NCBI RefSeq assembly: GCF_024223415.1
Contig: NZ_CP100500.1
Strand: one strand, 5' to 3'
From: Escherichia coli
Lineage (GTDB): Bacteria > Pseudomonadota > Gammaproteobacteria > Enterobacterales > Enterobacteriaceae
DNA: 64,000 nt
A program made the translations under genes and the position numbers. The notes beneath the pieces are model-generated. The model had not been told where the DNA came from. It made no database searches and saw only the letters and a program-made list of their open reading frames with translations. Shown here in pieces: positions 31,753-41,074 of the stretch; position 1 is the stretch's first letter, and each line of letters starts with the position of its first letter.

Positions 31753-32780
31753 ATGGGATTGTTTACGACCCGCCAGTTACTCGGTTATACCGAACAAAAA
31801 GTGAAATTTCGTGCGCTGTTTCTGGAGCTGTTTTTCCGTCGTACGGTGAATTTCCATACCGAAGAGGTGATGCTGGACAAAATTACCGGAAAAACGCCGG
31901 TGGCGGCCTATGTCTCCCCGGTTGTTGAAGGAAAAGTGCTGCGTCATCGTGGTGGTGAAACCCGCGTGTTGCGTCCGGGCTACGTCAAGCCGAAACACGA
32001 ATTTAATTCCCGGCAGGCGGTTGAGCGCCTTCCTGGTGAAGATCCGGCTCAACTGAACGATCCGGCTTACCGCCGTCTGCGTATCATTACCGATAACCTC
32101 AAACAGGAAGAGCACGCGATTGTCCAGGTGGAAGAAATGCAGGCGGTAAATGCCGTGCTGTATGGCAAATACACCATGGAAGGAGACCAGTTCGAGAAAA
32201 TTGAGGTCGATTTTGGCAGGTCGACGAAGAATAACATTACGCAGGCCAGTGGTAAAAAATGGTCTGAGCACGATCGTGACACGTTCGATCCTGCGCATGA
32301 TATTGACCTCTACTGCGACCAGGCCAGCGGCCTTGTGAATATTGCCATTATGGACGGTACCGTCTGGCGTCTGCTGAATGGTTTTAAGCTGTTCCGCGAA
32401 AAACTGGATACCCGTCGCGGTTCAAATTCGCAACTCGAAACGGCAGTGAAAGACCTGGGGGCGGTGGTGTCTTTCAAAGGGTATTACGGTGATCTGGCCA
32501 TTGTGGTGGCGAAAACGTCTTATGTGGCAGAGGACGGTACCGAAAAACGTTATCTGCCAGACGGCACGCTGGTCCTGGGGAATACTGCTGCAGATGGGAT
32601 CCGTTGTTACGGTGCCATTCAGGATGCACAGGCGTTGTCTGAAGGAGTGGTGCCTCTTCCCGTTATCCGAAACACTGGCTGACGGTGGGGGATCCCGCCC
32701 GTGAATTTACCATGACGCAGTCCGCGCCGCTGATGGTGTTGCCGGACCCGGATGAGTTTGTGGTGGTACAGGTGAAATAA
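31753..32780 (+). pseudogene. E: major capsid protein gpE with a +1/-1 frame break near 32660
   Basis: ORF 31753..32682 is lambda gpE-like but ends ...EGVVPLPVIRNTG*; the expected C-terminus (RYPKHWLTGGDPAREFTMTQSAPLMVLPDPDEFVVVQVK*) continues in another frame to 32780; break lies in a C-run (cttcccgtt). Confidence 0.7.
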
Positions 32781-32831
32781 TCCGTGAGCGGGGGCGAAAT
32801 GCCCCCGTGTCTTTTTTCACAGGGGGCTGAT

Positions 32832-33194
32832 ATGGCAACGAAAGAGCAAAATCTGAAACGGCTTGATGAACTGGCCCTGATTCTGGGGCGTGAGCCGGAT
32901 ATATCCGGGAGTGCCGCAGAGATAGCGCAGCGGGTGGCGGAATGGGAAGAGGAAGCAGAGGACAAAAACCAGGAGAGTGATGAGAACGAAAGGCATTTGA
33001 TGACGTATAGCCACTCCACTGGCGGGGATGAAATGAGCACTGTTCGTGTACTCAAAACCCTGCATGTGGCGGGAAAACATCCGCATGATGACAGTGATAT
33101 GGAGATTGTTGTTACAGGTATGACTGTCAGAGTTGATCCAGTGAATGTTGCGGAACTTGTCCTGGAGGGGCTTGTTACAGATGAAAGTTATTAA
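32832..33194 (+). CDS. FI: DNA packaging protein FI-like
   Basis: Internal Met of ORF 32784..33194 (MATKEQNLKRL...), acidic protein in the FI position. Confidence 0.65.
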   Translation: MATKEQNLKRLDELALILGREPDISGSAAEIAQRVAEWEEEAEDKNQESDENERHLMTYSHSTGGDEMSTVRVLKTLHVAGKHPHDDSDMEIVVTGMTVRVDPVNVAELVLEGLVTDESY

Positions 33195-33543
33195 TATCAG
33201 GGATAACGGTTTTGATACAGCCATTGCCCGGGCTGATGAAACGATACGCGGGCATATGGGAACGTCAGCCACCATTACATCCGGTGAGCAGCCCGGCGCA
33301 GTAATACGTGGTGTTTTTGATGACCCTGAAAATATCAGCTATGCCGGACAGGGCGTGCGCGTTGAAGGCTCCAGCCCGTCCCTGTTTGTCCGGACTGATG
33401 ATGTGCGGCAACTGCGGCGTGGAGACACGCTGACCATCGGTGAGGAAAACTTCTGGATAGACCGGGTTTCGCCGGATGATGGCGGAAGCTGTCATCTCTG
33501 GCTTGGGCGGGGCGTACCGCCTGCCGTTAATCGTCGCCGCTGA
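33181..33543 (+). CDS. FII: head-tail connector FII
   Basis: Internal Met of ORF 33145..33543; strongly resembles lambda FII (AIARADETIRG...SGEQPGAVIRGVFDDPENISYAGQGVRVEG). Confidence 0.88.
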   Translation: MKVINIRDNGFDTAIARADETIRGHMGTSATITSGEQPGAVIRGVFDDPENISYAGQGVRVEGSSPSLFVRTDDVRQLRRGDTLTIGEENFWIDRVSPDDGGSCHLWLGRGVPPAVNRRR

Positions 33544-33554
33544 AAGGGGGATGT

Positions 33555-34130
33555 ATGGCCATACAGGGTCTTGAGCAGGCCGTTGAAAACCTCAGCCGTA
33601 TCAGCAGAACGGCGGTGCCTGGTGCCGCCGCAATGGCCATTAACCGCGTGGCCACAACGGCGATTAATCAGTCTTCGTCTCAGGTCGCCCGTGAAACCCG
33701 GGTGCCGAGAAAACTTGTTAAAGAGCGATCCAGACTGAAACGGGCTACGGTCAGAAATCCGAACGCAAAAATTATCGTTAACCGCGGCGATCTTCCTGTG
33801 ATTAAGCTGGGGATCAGGATGCTGGGACGTCGCCCGAACAGCATACTCAAAGCCGGTCAGCATCGTTATCAGCGGGCATTCATCCAGCGACTGAATAATG
33901 GGCGCTGGCATGTTATGCAACGTCTGCCAGAAGCCAGGTATGCGAAGGGCAATGACGATAAGGGAAGGAAAAAGCGTAATCGTCTTCCCATTCAGGTGGT
34001 GAAAATTCCGATGTCGGCCCCACTGAAACAGGCTTTTGATGAGAACGTTAACCGTATCCGACGCGAACGTCTGCCAAAAGAACTGAGCTATGCGCTGAAA
34101 CAACAACTGAGGATTGTGATAAAGCGATGA
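33555..34130 (+). CDS. Z: minor tail protein gpZ
   Basis: 191 aa lambda gpZ-like. Confidence 0.85.
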   Translation: MAIQGLEQAVENLSRISRTAVPGAAAMAINRVATTAINQSSSQVARETRVPRKLVKERSRLKRATVRNPNAKIIVNRGDLPVIKLGIRMLGRRPNSILKAGQHRYQRAFIQRLNNGRWHVMQRLPEARYAKGNDDKGRKKRNRLPIQVVKIPMSAPLKQAFDENVNRIRRERLPKELSYALKQQLRIVIKR

Positions 34131-34522
34131 AAAATACTGATATCCGTACAGCCGTACTGGATGCACTGGAGAAGCATGACACCGGGGCGACGTTTTTTGA
34201 TGGTCGCCCCGCTGTTTTTGATGAGGCGGATTTTCCGGCAGTTGCCGTTTATCTCACCGGCGCTGAATACACGGGCGAAGAGCTGGACAGCGATACCTGG
34301 CAGGCGGAGCTGCATATTGAAGTTTTCCTGCCTGCTCAGGTGCCGGATTCAGAGCTGGATTCGTGGATGGAGTCCCGGATTTATCCGGTGATGAGCGATA
34401 TCCCGGCACTGTCAGATTTGATCACCAGTATGGTGGCCAGTGGCTATGACTACCGGCGCGACGATGATGCGGGCCTGTGGAGTTCAGCCGATCTGACTTA
34501 TGTCATTACCTATGAAATGTGA
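34127..34522 (+). CDS. U: tail terminator gpU
   Basis: 131 aa lambda gpU-like. Confidence 0.85.
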   Translation: MKNTDIRTAVLDALEKHDTGATFFDGRPAVFDEADFPAVAVYLTGAEYTGEELDSDTWQAELHIEVFLPAQVPDSELDSWMESRIYPVMSDIPALSDLITSMVASGYDYRRDDDAGLWSSADLTYVITYEM

Positions 34523-34529
34523 GGACGAT

Positions 34530-35270
34530 ATGCCAACACCAAATCCTCTGGCACCGGTGAAAGGGGCCGGGACCACCCTGTGGGTTTATAAGGGGAACGG
34601 TGACCCTTATGCGAACCCGCTTTCAGACAATGACTGGTCGCGTCTGGCTAAAGTTAAAGACCTGACGCCCGGCGAACTGACCGCAGATTTCTATGACGAC
34701 AGCTATCTCGATGATGAAGATGCGGACTGGGCCGCGACCGGACAGGGGCAGAAATCCGCCGGAGATACCAGCTTCACGCTGGCGTGGATGCCCGGAGAGC
34801 AGGGGCAGCAGGCGCTGCTGGCGTGGTTTAATGAAGGTGATACCCGTGCCTATAAAATCCGCTTCCCGAACGGCACGGTCGATGTGTTCCGCGGCTGGGT
34901 CAGCAGCATCGGTAAGGCGGTGACAGCGAAGGAAGTGATCACCCGCACGGTGAAAGTCACCAACGTGGGACGTCCGTCGATGGCAGAAGATCGCAGCACG
35001 CTAACAGCGGCAACCGGCATGACCGTGACGCCTGCCAGCACCTCGGTGGTGAAAGGGCAGAGCACCACGCTGACCGTGGCATTCCAGCCGGAAGGCGCAA
35101 CCGACAAGAGCTTCCGTGCGGTGTCTGCGGATAAAACAAAAGCCACCGTGTCGGTCAGTGGTATGACCATCACCGTGAAGGGCGTTGCTGCAGGCAGGGT
35201 CAACATTCCGGTCGTATCCGGTAATGGTGAACTTGCTGCGGTTGCAGAAATCAACGTCACCGCCAGTTAA
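34530..35270 (+). CDS. V: major tail tube protein gpV with C-terminal Ig-like domain
   Basis: Internal Met of ORF 34500..35270 ([22 protein letters not shown]...), lambda gpV-like. Confidence 0.88.
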   Translation: MPTPNPLAPVKGAGTTLWVYKGNGDPYANPLSDNDWSRLAKVKDLTPGELTADFYDDSYLDDEDADWAATGQGQKSAGDTSFTLAWMPGEQGQQALLAWFNEGDTRAYKIRFPNGTVDVFRGWVSSIGKAVTAKEVITRTVKVTNVGRPSMAEDRSTLTAATGMTVTPASTSVVKGQSTTLTVAFQPEGATDKSFRAVSADKTKATVSVSGMTITVKGVAAGRVNIPVVSGNGELAAVAEINVTAS

Positions 35271-35285
35271 TCCGGAGAGTCAGCG

Positions 35286-35708
35286 ATGTTCCTGAAAAAC
35301 GAATCATTTGAACATAACGGCGTGACCGTCACGCTTTCTGAACTGTCAGCCCTGCAGCGTATTGAGCATCTTGCCTGGTTGAAAGAGCAGGAAAAAAAGG
35401 CTGAATCCAGTGGCAACCTGCAGGTGTCTGTAGAGGATCTTATCAGAGGCGGGGCGTTTCTGGTGGCGATGTCTCTGTGGCATAACCATCCGCAGAAGAC
35501 AAAGCTGCTGCCCATGAATGAAGCCATTACGCAGATTGAGCAGGAAGTGCTTACCACCTGGCCCACGGAGGCAATTGCTCAGGCTGAAAACGTGGTGTTA
35601 CGTCTGTCCGGAATGTCTGAGTTTGTTGTGAATAATGCCCCTGAACAGGCAGATGACGCCGGGCCTGCAGAGCCTGTTTCTGCGGGAAAGTGTTCGACGG
35701 TGAGCTGA
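35286..35708 (+). CDS. G: tail assembly chaperone gpG
   Basis: 140 aa lambda gpG-like, ends just after a GGGAAAG slippery heptamer. Confidence 0.85.
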   Translation: MFLKNESFEHNGVTVTLSELSALQRIEHLAWLKEQEKKAESSGNLQVSVEDLIRGGAFLVAMSLWHNHPQKTKLLPMNEAITQIEQEVLTTWPTEAIAQAENVVLRLSGMSEFVVNNAPEQADDAGPAEPVSAGKCSTVS

Positions 35709-36124
35709 GTTTTGCCCTGAAACTGGCGCGTGAGATGGGGCGACCCGACTGGCGCGCCATGCTTGCCGGGATGTCATCCACGGAGTATGCCGACTGGCAC
35801 CGCTTTTACAGTACCCATTATTTTCATGATGTTCTGCTGGATATGCACTTTTCCGGGCTGACGTACACCGTGCTCAGCCTGTTTTTCAGCGATCCGGATA
35901 TGCATCCGCTGGATTTCAGTCTGCTGAACCGGCGCGAGGCTGACGAAGAGCCTGAAGATGATGTGCTGATGCAGAAAGCGGCAGGGCTTGCCGGAGGCGT
36001 CCGCTTTGGCCCGGACGGGAATGAAGTTATCCCTGCATCCCCGGATGTGGCGGACATGACGGAGGATGACGTAATGCTGATGACAGTATCAGAAGGGATC
36101 GCAGGAGGAGTCCGGTATGGCTGA
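35690..36124 (+). CDS. T: gpT region, expressed as G-T fusion by programmed -1 frameshift
   Basis: ORF in the -1 frame relative to G, overlapping G's 3' end; slippery site gggaaag at ~35683-35689. Confidence 0.75.
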   Translation: MFDGELSFALKLAREMGRPDWRAMLAGMSSTEYADWHRFYSTHYFHDVLLDMHFSGLTYTVLSLFFSDPDMHPLDFSLLNRREADEEPEDDVLMQKAAGLAGGVRFGPDGNEVIPASPDVADMTEDDVMLMTVSEGIAGGVRYG

Positions 36125-38696
36125 ACCGGTAGGCGATCTGGTCGTTGATTTAAGTCTGGATGCGGCCAGGTTTGACGAGCAGATGGCCAGAGTCAGGCGT
36201 CATTTTTCCGGTACGGAAAGTGATGCGAAAAAAACAGCGGCAGTCGTTGAACAGTCAATGAACCGGCAGGCGCTGGCTGCACAGAAAGCGGGGATTTCCG
36301 TCGGACAGTATAAAGCCGCCATGCGTATGCTGCCTGCACAGTTCACCGACGTGGCCACACAGCTTGCAGGCGGGCAGAGTCCGTGGCTGATCCTGCTGCA
36401 ACAGGGTGGTCAGGTGAAGGACTCCTTCGGCGGGATGATCCCCATGTTCAGGGGGCTTGCCGGTGCGATCACCCTGCCGATGGTCGGGGCCACCTCGCTG
36501 GCGGTGGCGACCGGTGCGCTGGCGTATGCCTGGTATCAGGGCAACTCAACCCTGTCCGATTTCAACAAAACGCTGGTCCTTTCCGGCAATCAGGCGGGAC
36601 TGACGGCAGATCGTATGCTGGTCCTGTCCAGAGCCGGGCAGGCGGCAGGGCTGACGTTTAACCAGACCAGCGAGTCACTCAGCGCACTGGTTAAGGCGGG
36701 GGTAAGCGGTGAGGCTCAGATTGCGTCCATCAGCCAGAGTGTGGCGCGTTTCTCCTCTGCATCCGGCGTGGAGGTGGACAAGGTCGCTGAAGCCTTCGGG
36801 AAGCTGACCACAGACCCGACGTCGGGGCTGACGGCGATGGCGCGCCAGTTCCATAACGTGACGGCGGAGCAGATTGCGTATGTTGCTCAGTTGCAGCGTT
36901 CCGGCGATGAGGCAGGGGCATTGCAGGCGGCGAACGAGGCCGCAACGAAAGGGTTTGATGACCAGACCCGCCGCCTGAAAGAGAACATGGGCACGCTGGA
37001 GACCTGGGCAGACAGGACAGCGCGGGCATTCAAATCCATGTGGGATTCGGTGCTGGATATTGGTCTCCCGGACACTGCCCGGGAAATGCTGGAGAAAGCA
37101 GAAAAGGCTTTTGATGAGGCGGACAAAAAATGGCAGTGGTATCAGAGCCGGAGCCACCGGCGCGGTAAAACCTCAGCATTTCTTGCCAATCTCCGGGGAG
37201 CATGGGAGGACAGAGCGAATGCGCAACTTGGGCTTTCAGCCGCCACGTTGCAGGCCGATCTTGAAAAGGCCAGAGAGATGGCAGCAAAGGACTGGGCCGA
37301 CTCTGAGGCATCACGGCTGAAATATACCGAAGAGGCGCAGAAGGCTTACGAACGCCTGCAGACACCGCTGGAGAAATATACCGCCCGTCAGGAAGAACTG
37401 AACAAGGCACTGAAAGACGGAAAAATCCTGCAGGCAGATTACAACACGCTGATGGCGGCGGCGAAAAAGGATTATGAAGCGACGCTGAAAAAGCCGAAAC
37501 AGTCCGGCGTGAAGGTGTCTGCGGGCGATCGTCAGGAAGACAGTGCTCATGCCGCCCTGCTGACGCTTCAGGCAGAACTCCGGACGCTGGAGAAGCATGC
37601 CGGAGCAAATGAGAAAATCAGCCAGCAGCGCCGGGATTTGTGGAAGGCGGAGAGTCAGTTCGCGGTACTGGAGGAGGCGGCGCAACGTCGCCAGCTGTCT
37701 GCACAGGAGAAATCCCTGCTGGCGCATAAAGATGAGACGCTGGAGTACAAACGCCAGCTGGCTGCACTTGGCGACAAGGTTACGTATCAGGAGCGCCTGA
37801 ACGCGCTGGCGCAGCAGGCGGATAAATTCGCACAGCAGCAACGGGCAAAACGGGCCGCCATTGATGCGAAAAGCCGGGGGCTGACTGACCGGCAGACAGA
37901 ACGGGAAGCCACGGAACAGCGCCTGAAGGAACAGTATGGCGATAATCCGCTGGCGCTGAATAACGTCATGTCAGAGCAGAAAAAGACCTGGGCGGCTGAA
38001 GACCAGCTTCGCGGGAACTGGATGGCAGGCCTGAAGTCCGGCTGGAGTGAGTGGGAAGAGAGCGCCACGGACAGTATGTCGCAGGTAAAAAGTGCAGCCA
38101 CGCAGACCTTTGATGGAATTGCACAGAATATGGCGGCGATGCTGACCGGCAGTGAGCAGAACTGGCGCAGCTTCACCCGTTCCGTGCTGTCCATGATGAC
38201 AGAAATTCTGCTTAAGCAGGCAATGGTGGGGATTGTCGGGAGTATCGGCAGCGTCATTGGCGGTGCTGCCGGTGGTGGCGCATCAGTGTCAGGCGGTACA
38301 GCCATTCAGGCTGCTGCGGCAAAATTCCATTTTGCGACCGGGGGATTTACGGGAACCGGCGGCAAATATGAGCCAGCGGGGATTGTTCACCGTGGTGAAT
38401 TTGTCTTCACGAAGGAGGCAACCAGCCGGATTGGTGTCGGCAACCTGTACCGCCTGATGCGGGGCTATGCGGAAGGTGGTTATGTGGGCGGTGCCGGAAG
38501 TCCGGCGCAGATGCGGCGGGCTGAAGGCATTAATTTTAATCAGAACAATCACGTGGTGATTCAGAACGACGGTACGAATGGTCTGCCAGGTCCACAGATG
38601 ATGAAGGCAGTGTATGACATGGCCCGCAAGGGTGCCCGTGATGAAATTCAGGCACAGATGCGCGATGGTGGTCTGTTCTCCGGAGGTGGACGATGA
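36117..38696 (+). CDS. H: tail tape measure protein gpH
   Basis: 859 aa, Ala/Gln-rich helical protein in the H position. Confidence 0.9.
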   Translation: MAEPVGDLVVDLSLDAARFDEQMARVRRHFSGTESDAKKTAAVVEQSMNRQALAAQKAGISVGQYKAAMRMLPAQFTDVATQLAGGQSPWLILLQQGGQVKDSFGGMIPMFRGLAGAITLPMVGATSLAVATGALAYAWYQGNSTLSDFNKTLVLSGNQAGLTADRMLVLSRAGQAAGLTFNQTSESLSALVKAGVSGEAQIASISQSVARFSSASGVEVDKVAEAFGKLTTDPTSGLTAMARQFHNVTAEQIAYVAQLQRSGDEAGALQAANEAATKGFDDQTRRLKENMGTLETWADRTARAFKSMWDSVLDIGLPDTAREMLEKAEKAFDEADKKWQWYQSRSHRRGKTSAFLANLRGAWEDRANAQLGLSAATLQADLEKAREMAAKDWADSEASRLKYTEEAQKAYERLQTPLEKYTARQEELNKALKDGKILQADYNTLMAAAKKDYEATLKKPKQSGVKVSAGDRQEDSAHAALLTLQAELRTLEKHAGANEKISQQRRDLWKAESQFAVLEEAAQRRQLSAQEKSLLAHKDETLEYKRQLAALGDKVTYQERLNALAQQADKFAQQQRAKRAAIDAKSRGLTDRQTEREATEQRLKEQYGDNPLALNNVMSEQKKTWAAEDQLRGNWMAGLKSGWSEWEESATDSMSQVKSAATQTFDGIAQNMAAMLTGSEQNWRSFTRSVLSMMTEILLKQAMVGIVGSIGSVIGGAAGGGASVSGGTAIQAAAAKFHFATGGFTGTGGKYEPAGIVHRGEFVFTKEATSRIGVGNLYRLMRGYAEGGYVGGAGSPAQMRRAEGINFNQNNHVVIQNDGTNGLPGPQMMKAVYDMARKGARDEIQAQMRDGGLFSGGGR

Positions 38697-39022
38697 AAAC
38701 CTTCCGCTGGAAAGTGAAACCCGGTATGGATGTGGCTTCGGCCCCTTCCGTAAGAAAGGTGCGCTTTGGTGATGGCTATTCCCAGCGAGCGCCTGCCGGG
38801 CTGAACGCTGACCTGAAAACGTACAGCGTGACGCTTTCTGTTCCCCGTTGGGAGGCCACGGCGCTGGAGTCGTTTCTGGCTGAGCACGGGGGCTGGAAGG
38901 CCTTTCTGTGGACGCCGCCTTATGAGTGGCGGCAGATAAAGGTGACCTGCGCAAAATGGTCGTCGCGGGTCAGTATGCTGCGTGTTGAGTTCAGCGCAGA
39001 GTTTGAACAGGTGGTGAACTGA
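38693..39022 (+). CDS. M: minor tail protein gpM
   Basis: 109 aa lambda gpM-like. Confidence 0.85.
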   Translation: MKTFRWKVKPGMDVASAPSVRKVRFGDGYSQRAPAGLNADLKTYSVTLSVPRWEATALESFLAEHGGWKAFLWTPPYEWRQIKVTCAKWSSRVSMLRVEFSAEFEQVVN

Positions 39023-39720
39023 TGCAGGATATCCGGCAGGAAACACTGAATGAATGCACCCGTGCGGAGCAGTCGGCCAGCGTGGTGCTCTGGGAAATCG
39101 ATCTGACAGAGGTCGGTGGCGAACGTTATTTTTTCTGTAATGAGCAGAACGAAAAAGGTGAGCCGGTCACCTGGCAGGAGCGGCAGTATCAGCCGTATCC
39201 CATTCAGGGGAGTGGTTTTGAACTGAATGGCAAAGGCACCAGTACGCGCCCCACGCTGACGGTTTCTAACCTGTACGGTATGGTCACCGGTATGGTGGAA
39301 GATATGCAGAGTCTGGTCGGCGGAACGGTGGTCCGGCGTAAAGTTTATGCCCGTTTTCTGGATGCGGTGAACTTCGTCAACGGAAACAGTGACGCCGATC
39401 CGGAGCAGGAGGTTATCAGCCGCTGGCGCATCGAGCAGTGCAGTGATTTGACAGCGGTCAGCGCGACCTTTGTACTGGCCACGCCGACGGAAACGGACGG
39501 CGCTGTTTTTCCGGGACGTATCATGCTGGCCAACACCTGCACCTGGACCTATCGCGGCGATGAGTGCGGTTATAGCGGTCCGGCGGTCGCGGATGAATAT
39601 GATCAGTCGACGTCCGATATCACGAAGGATAAATGCAGCAAATGCCTGAGCGGCTGTAAGTTCCGCAATAACGTCGGCAACTTTGGCGGTTTTCTTTCCA
39701 TTAACAAACTTTCGCAGTAA
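39022..39720 (+). CDS. L: minor tail protein gpL
   Basis: 232 aa lambda gpL-like with C-terminal Cys cluster. Confidence 0.85.
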   Translation: MQDIRQETLNECTRAEQSASVVLWEIDLTEVGGERYFFCNEQNEKGEPVTWQERQYQPYPIQGSGFELNGKGTSTRPTLTVSNLYGMVTGMVEDMQSLVGGTVVRRKVYARFLDAVNFVNGNSDADPEQEVISRWRIEQCSDLTAVSATFVLATPTETDGAVFPGRIMLANTCTWTYRGDECGYSGPAVADEYDQSTSDITKDKCSKCLSGCKFRNNVGNFGGFLSINKLSQ

Positions 39721-39725
39721 ATCCC

Positions 39726-40469
39726 ATGACACAGACAGAATCAGCGATTCTGGCGCACGCCCGGCGATGTGCGCCAGCGGAGTCGTGCGGCTTCGTGGTA
39801 AGCACGCCGGAGGGGGAAAGATATTTTCCCTGCGTGAATATCTCCGGTGAGCCGGAGGCGTATTTCCGTATGTCGCCGGAGGACTGGCTGCAGGCAGAGA
39901 TGCAGGGTGAGATTGTGGCACTGGTCCACAGTCACCCCGGTGGTCTGCCCTGGCTGAGTGAGGCCGACCGGCGGCTGCAGGTGCAGAGTGATTTGCCGTG
40001 GTGGCTGGTCTGCCGGGGGGCGATTCACAAGTTCCGCTGTGTGCCGCATCTCACCGGGCGGTGCTTTGAGCACGGGGTGACGGACTGTTACACGCTGTTC
40101 CGGGATGCTTACCATCTGGCGGGAATTGAGATGCCGGATTTTCATCGCGGGGATGACTGGTGGCGTAACGGTCAGAATCTCTATCTTGACAATATGGAGG
40201 CGACTGGTTTTTACCGTGTCGCACTGACAGAGGCGCAGCCCGGCGACGTGCTGCTGTGCTGTTTTGGTTCATCGGTGCCGAATCATGCCGCCATTTACTG
40301 CGGCGACGGCGGGCTGCTGCACCATATTCCTGAACAACTGAGCAAACGAGAGAGGTATACCGACAAATGGCAGCGACGCACACACTCCCTCTGGCGTCAC
40401 CGGGCATGGCACGCATCTGCCTTTACGGGGATTTGCAACGATTTGGCCGCCGCATCGACCTTCGTGTGA
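39726..40469 (+). CDS. K: tail assembly protein gpK (JAB/MPN plus NlpC/P60 domains)
   Basis: 247 aa; HSHP motif (JAB) and Cys-His catalytic context of NlpC/P60. Confidence 0.85.
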   Translation: MTQTESAILAHARRCAPAESCGFVVSTPEGERYFPCVNISGEPEAYFRMSPEDWLQAEMQGEIVALVHSHPGGLPWLSEADRRLQVQSDLPWWLVCRGAIHKFRCVPHLTGRCFEHGVTDCYTLFRDAYHLAGIEMPDFHRGDDWWRNGQNLYLDNMEATGFYRVALTEAQPGDVLLCCFGSSVPNHAAIYCGDGGLLHHIPEQLSKRERYTDKWQRRTHSLWRHRAWHASAFTGICNDLAAASTFV

Positions 40470-41014
40470 AAACGGGAGCCGAAGCCATCCGGGCGCTGGC
40501 CACGCAGCTCCCTGCGTTTCGTCAGAAACTGAGCGACGGCTGGTATCAGGTGCGTATTGCCGGGCGTGATACAGGCGAAAACGAATTATCAGCCCGTCTT
40601 AATGAACCGCTGGCAAATGGTGCCGTGATCCACATCGTGCCGCGTCTGGCGGGAGCCAAACGTGGTGGTGTGTTTCAGGCAGTGCTGGGCGCGGCGCTGA
40701 TTGCGGTGGCATGGTGGAACCCTGCAGGCTGGCTGGGGGCTGCGGCTTTATCGGGCATGTATGCGGCAGGGGCCAGTATGGTGCTCGGTGGTGTGGCGCA
40801 GATGCTGGCACCGAAAGCCAGAATGCCCGGAGTATCAGCCACGGATAACGGCAAACAGAACACCTATTTCTCCTCACTGGAAAACATGGTTGCCCAGGGG
40901 AATGCTCTGCCCGTTCTGTACGGTGAAATGCGCGTGGGGTCACGGGTAATTTCGCAGGAGATCAGCACAGCGGATGAGGGGGATGGCGTCCGGGTTGTGG
41001 TGATTGGTCGCTGA
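40367..41014 (+). CDS. I: tail assembly protein gpI
   Basis: 215 aa lambda gpI-like (start may be the internal MARICLYG Met). Confidence 0.8.
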   Translation: MAATHTLPLASPGMARICLYGDLQRFGRRIDLRVKTGAEAIRALATQLPAFRQKLSDGWYQVRIAGRDTGENELSARLNEPLANGAVIHIVPRLAGAKRGGVFQAVLGAALIAVAWWNPAGWLGAAALSGMYAAGASMVLGGVAQMLAPKARMPGVSATDNGKQNTYFSSLENMVAQGNALPVLYGEMRVGSRVISQEISTADEGDGVRVVVIGR

Positions 41015-41074
41015 TGCAAAATGTTTTATGTGAAACCGCCTCCGGGCGGTTTTGTCGTTTATGGAGCGTGAGGA

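Noticed and set aside
36675-38954. Several 150-220 aa ORFs on the minus strand and in alternative plus frames
   Set aside because: All fall inside the tape measure gene H and have low-complexity Pro/Arg/Ser-rich translations typical of out-of-frame reads of GC-rich coding DNA
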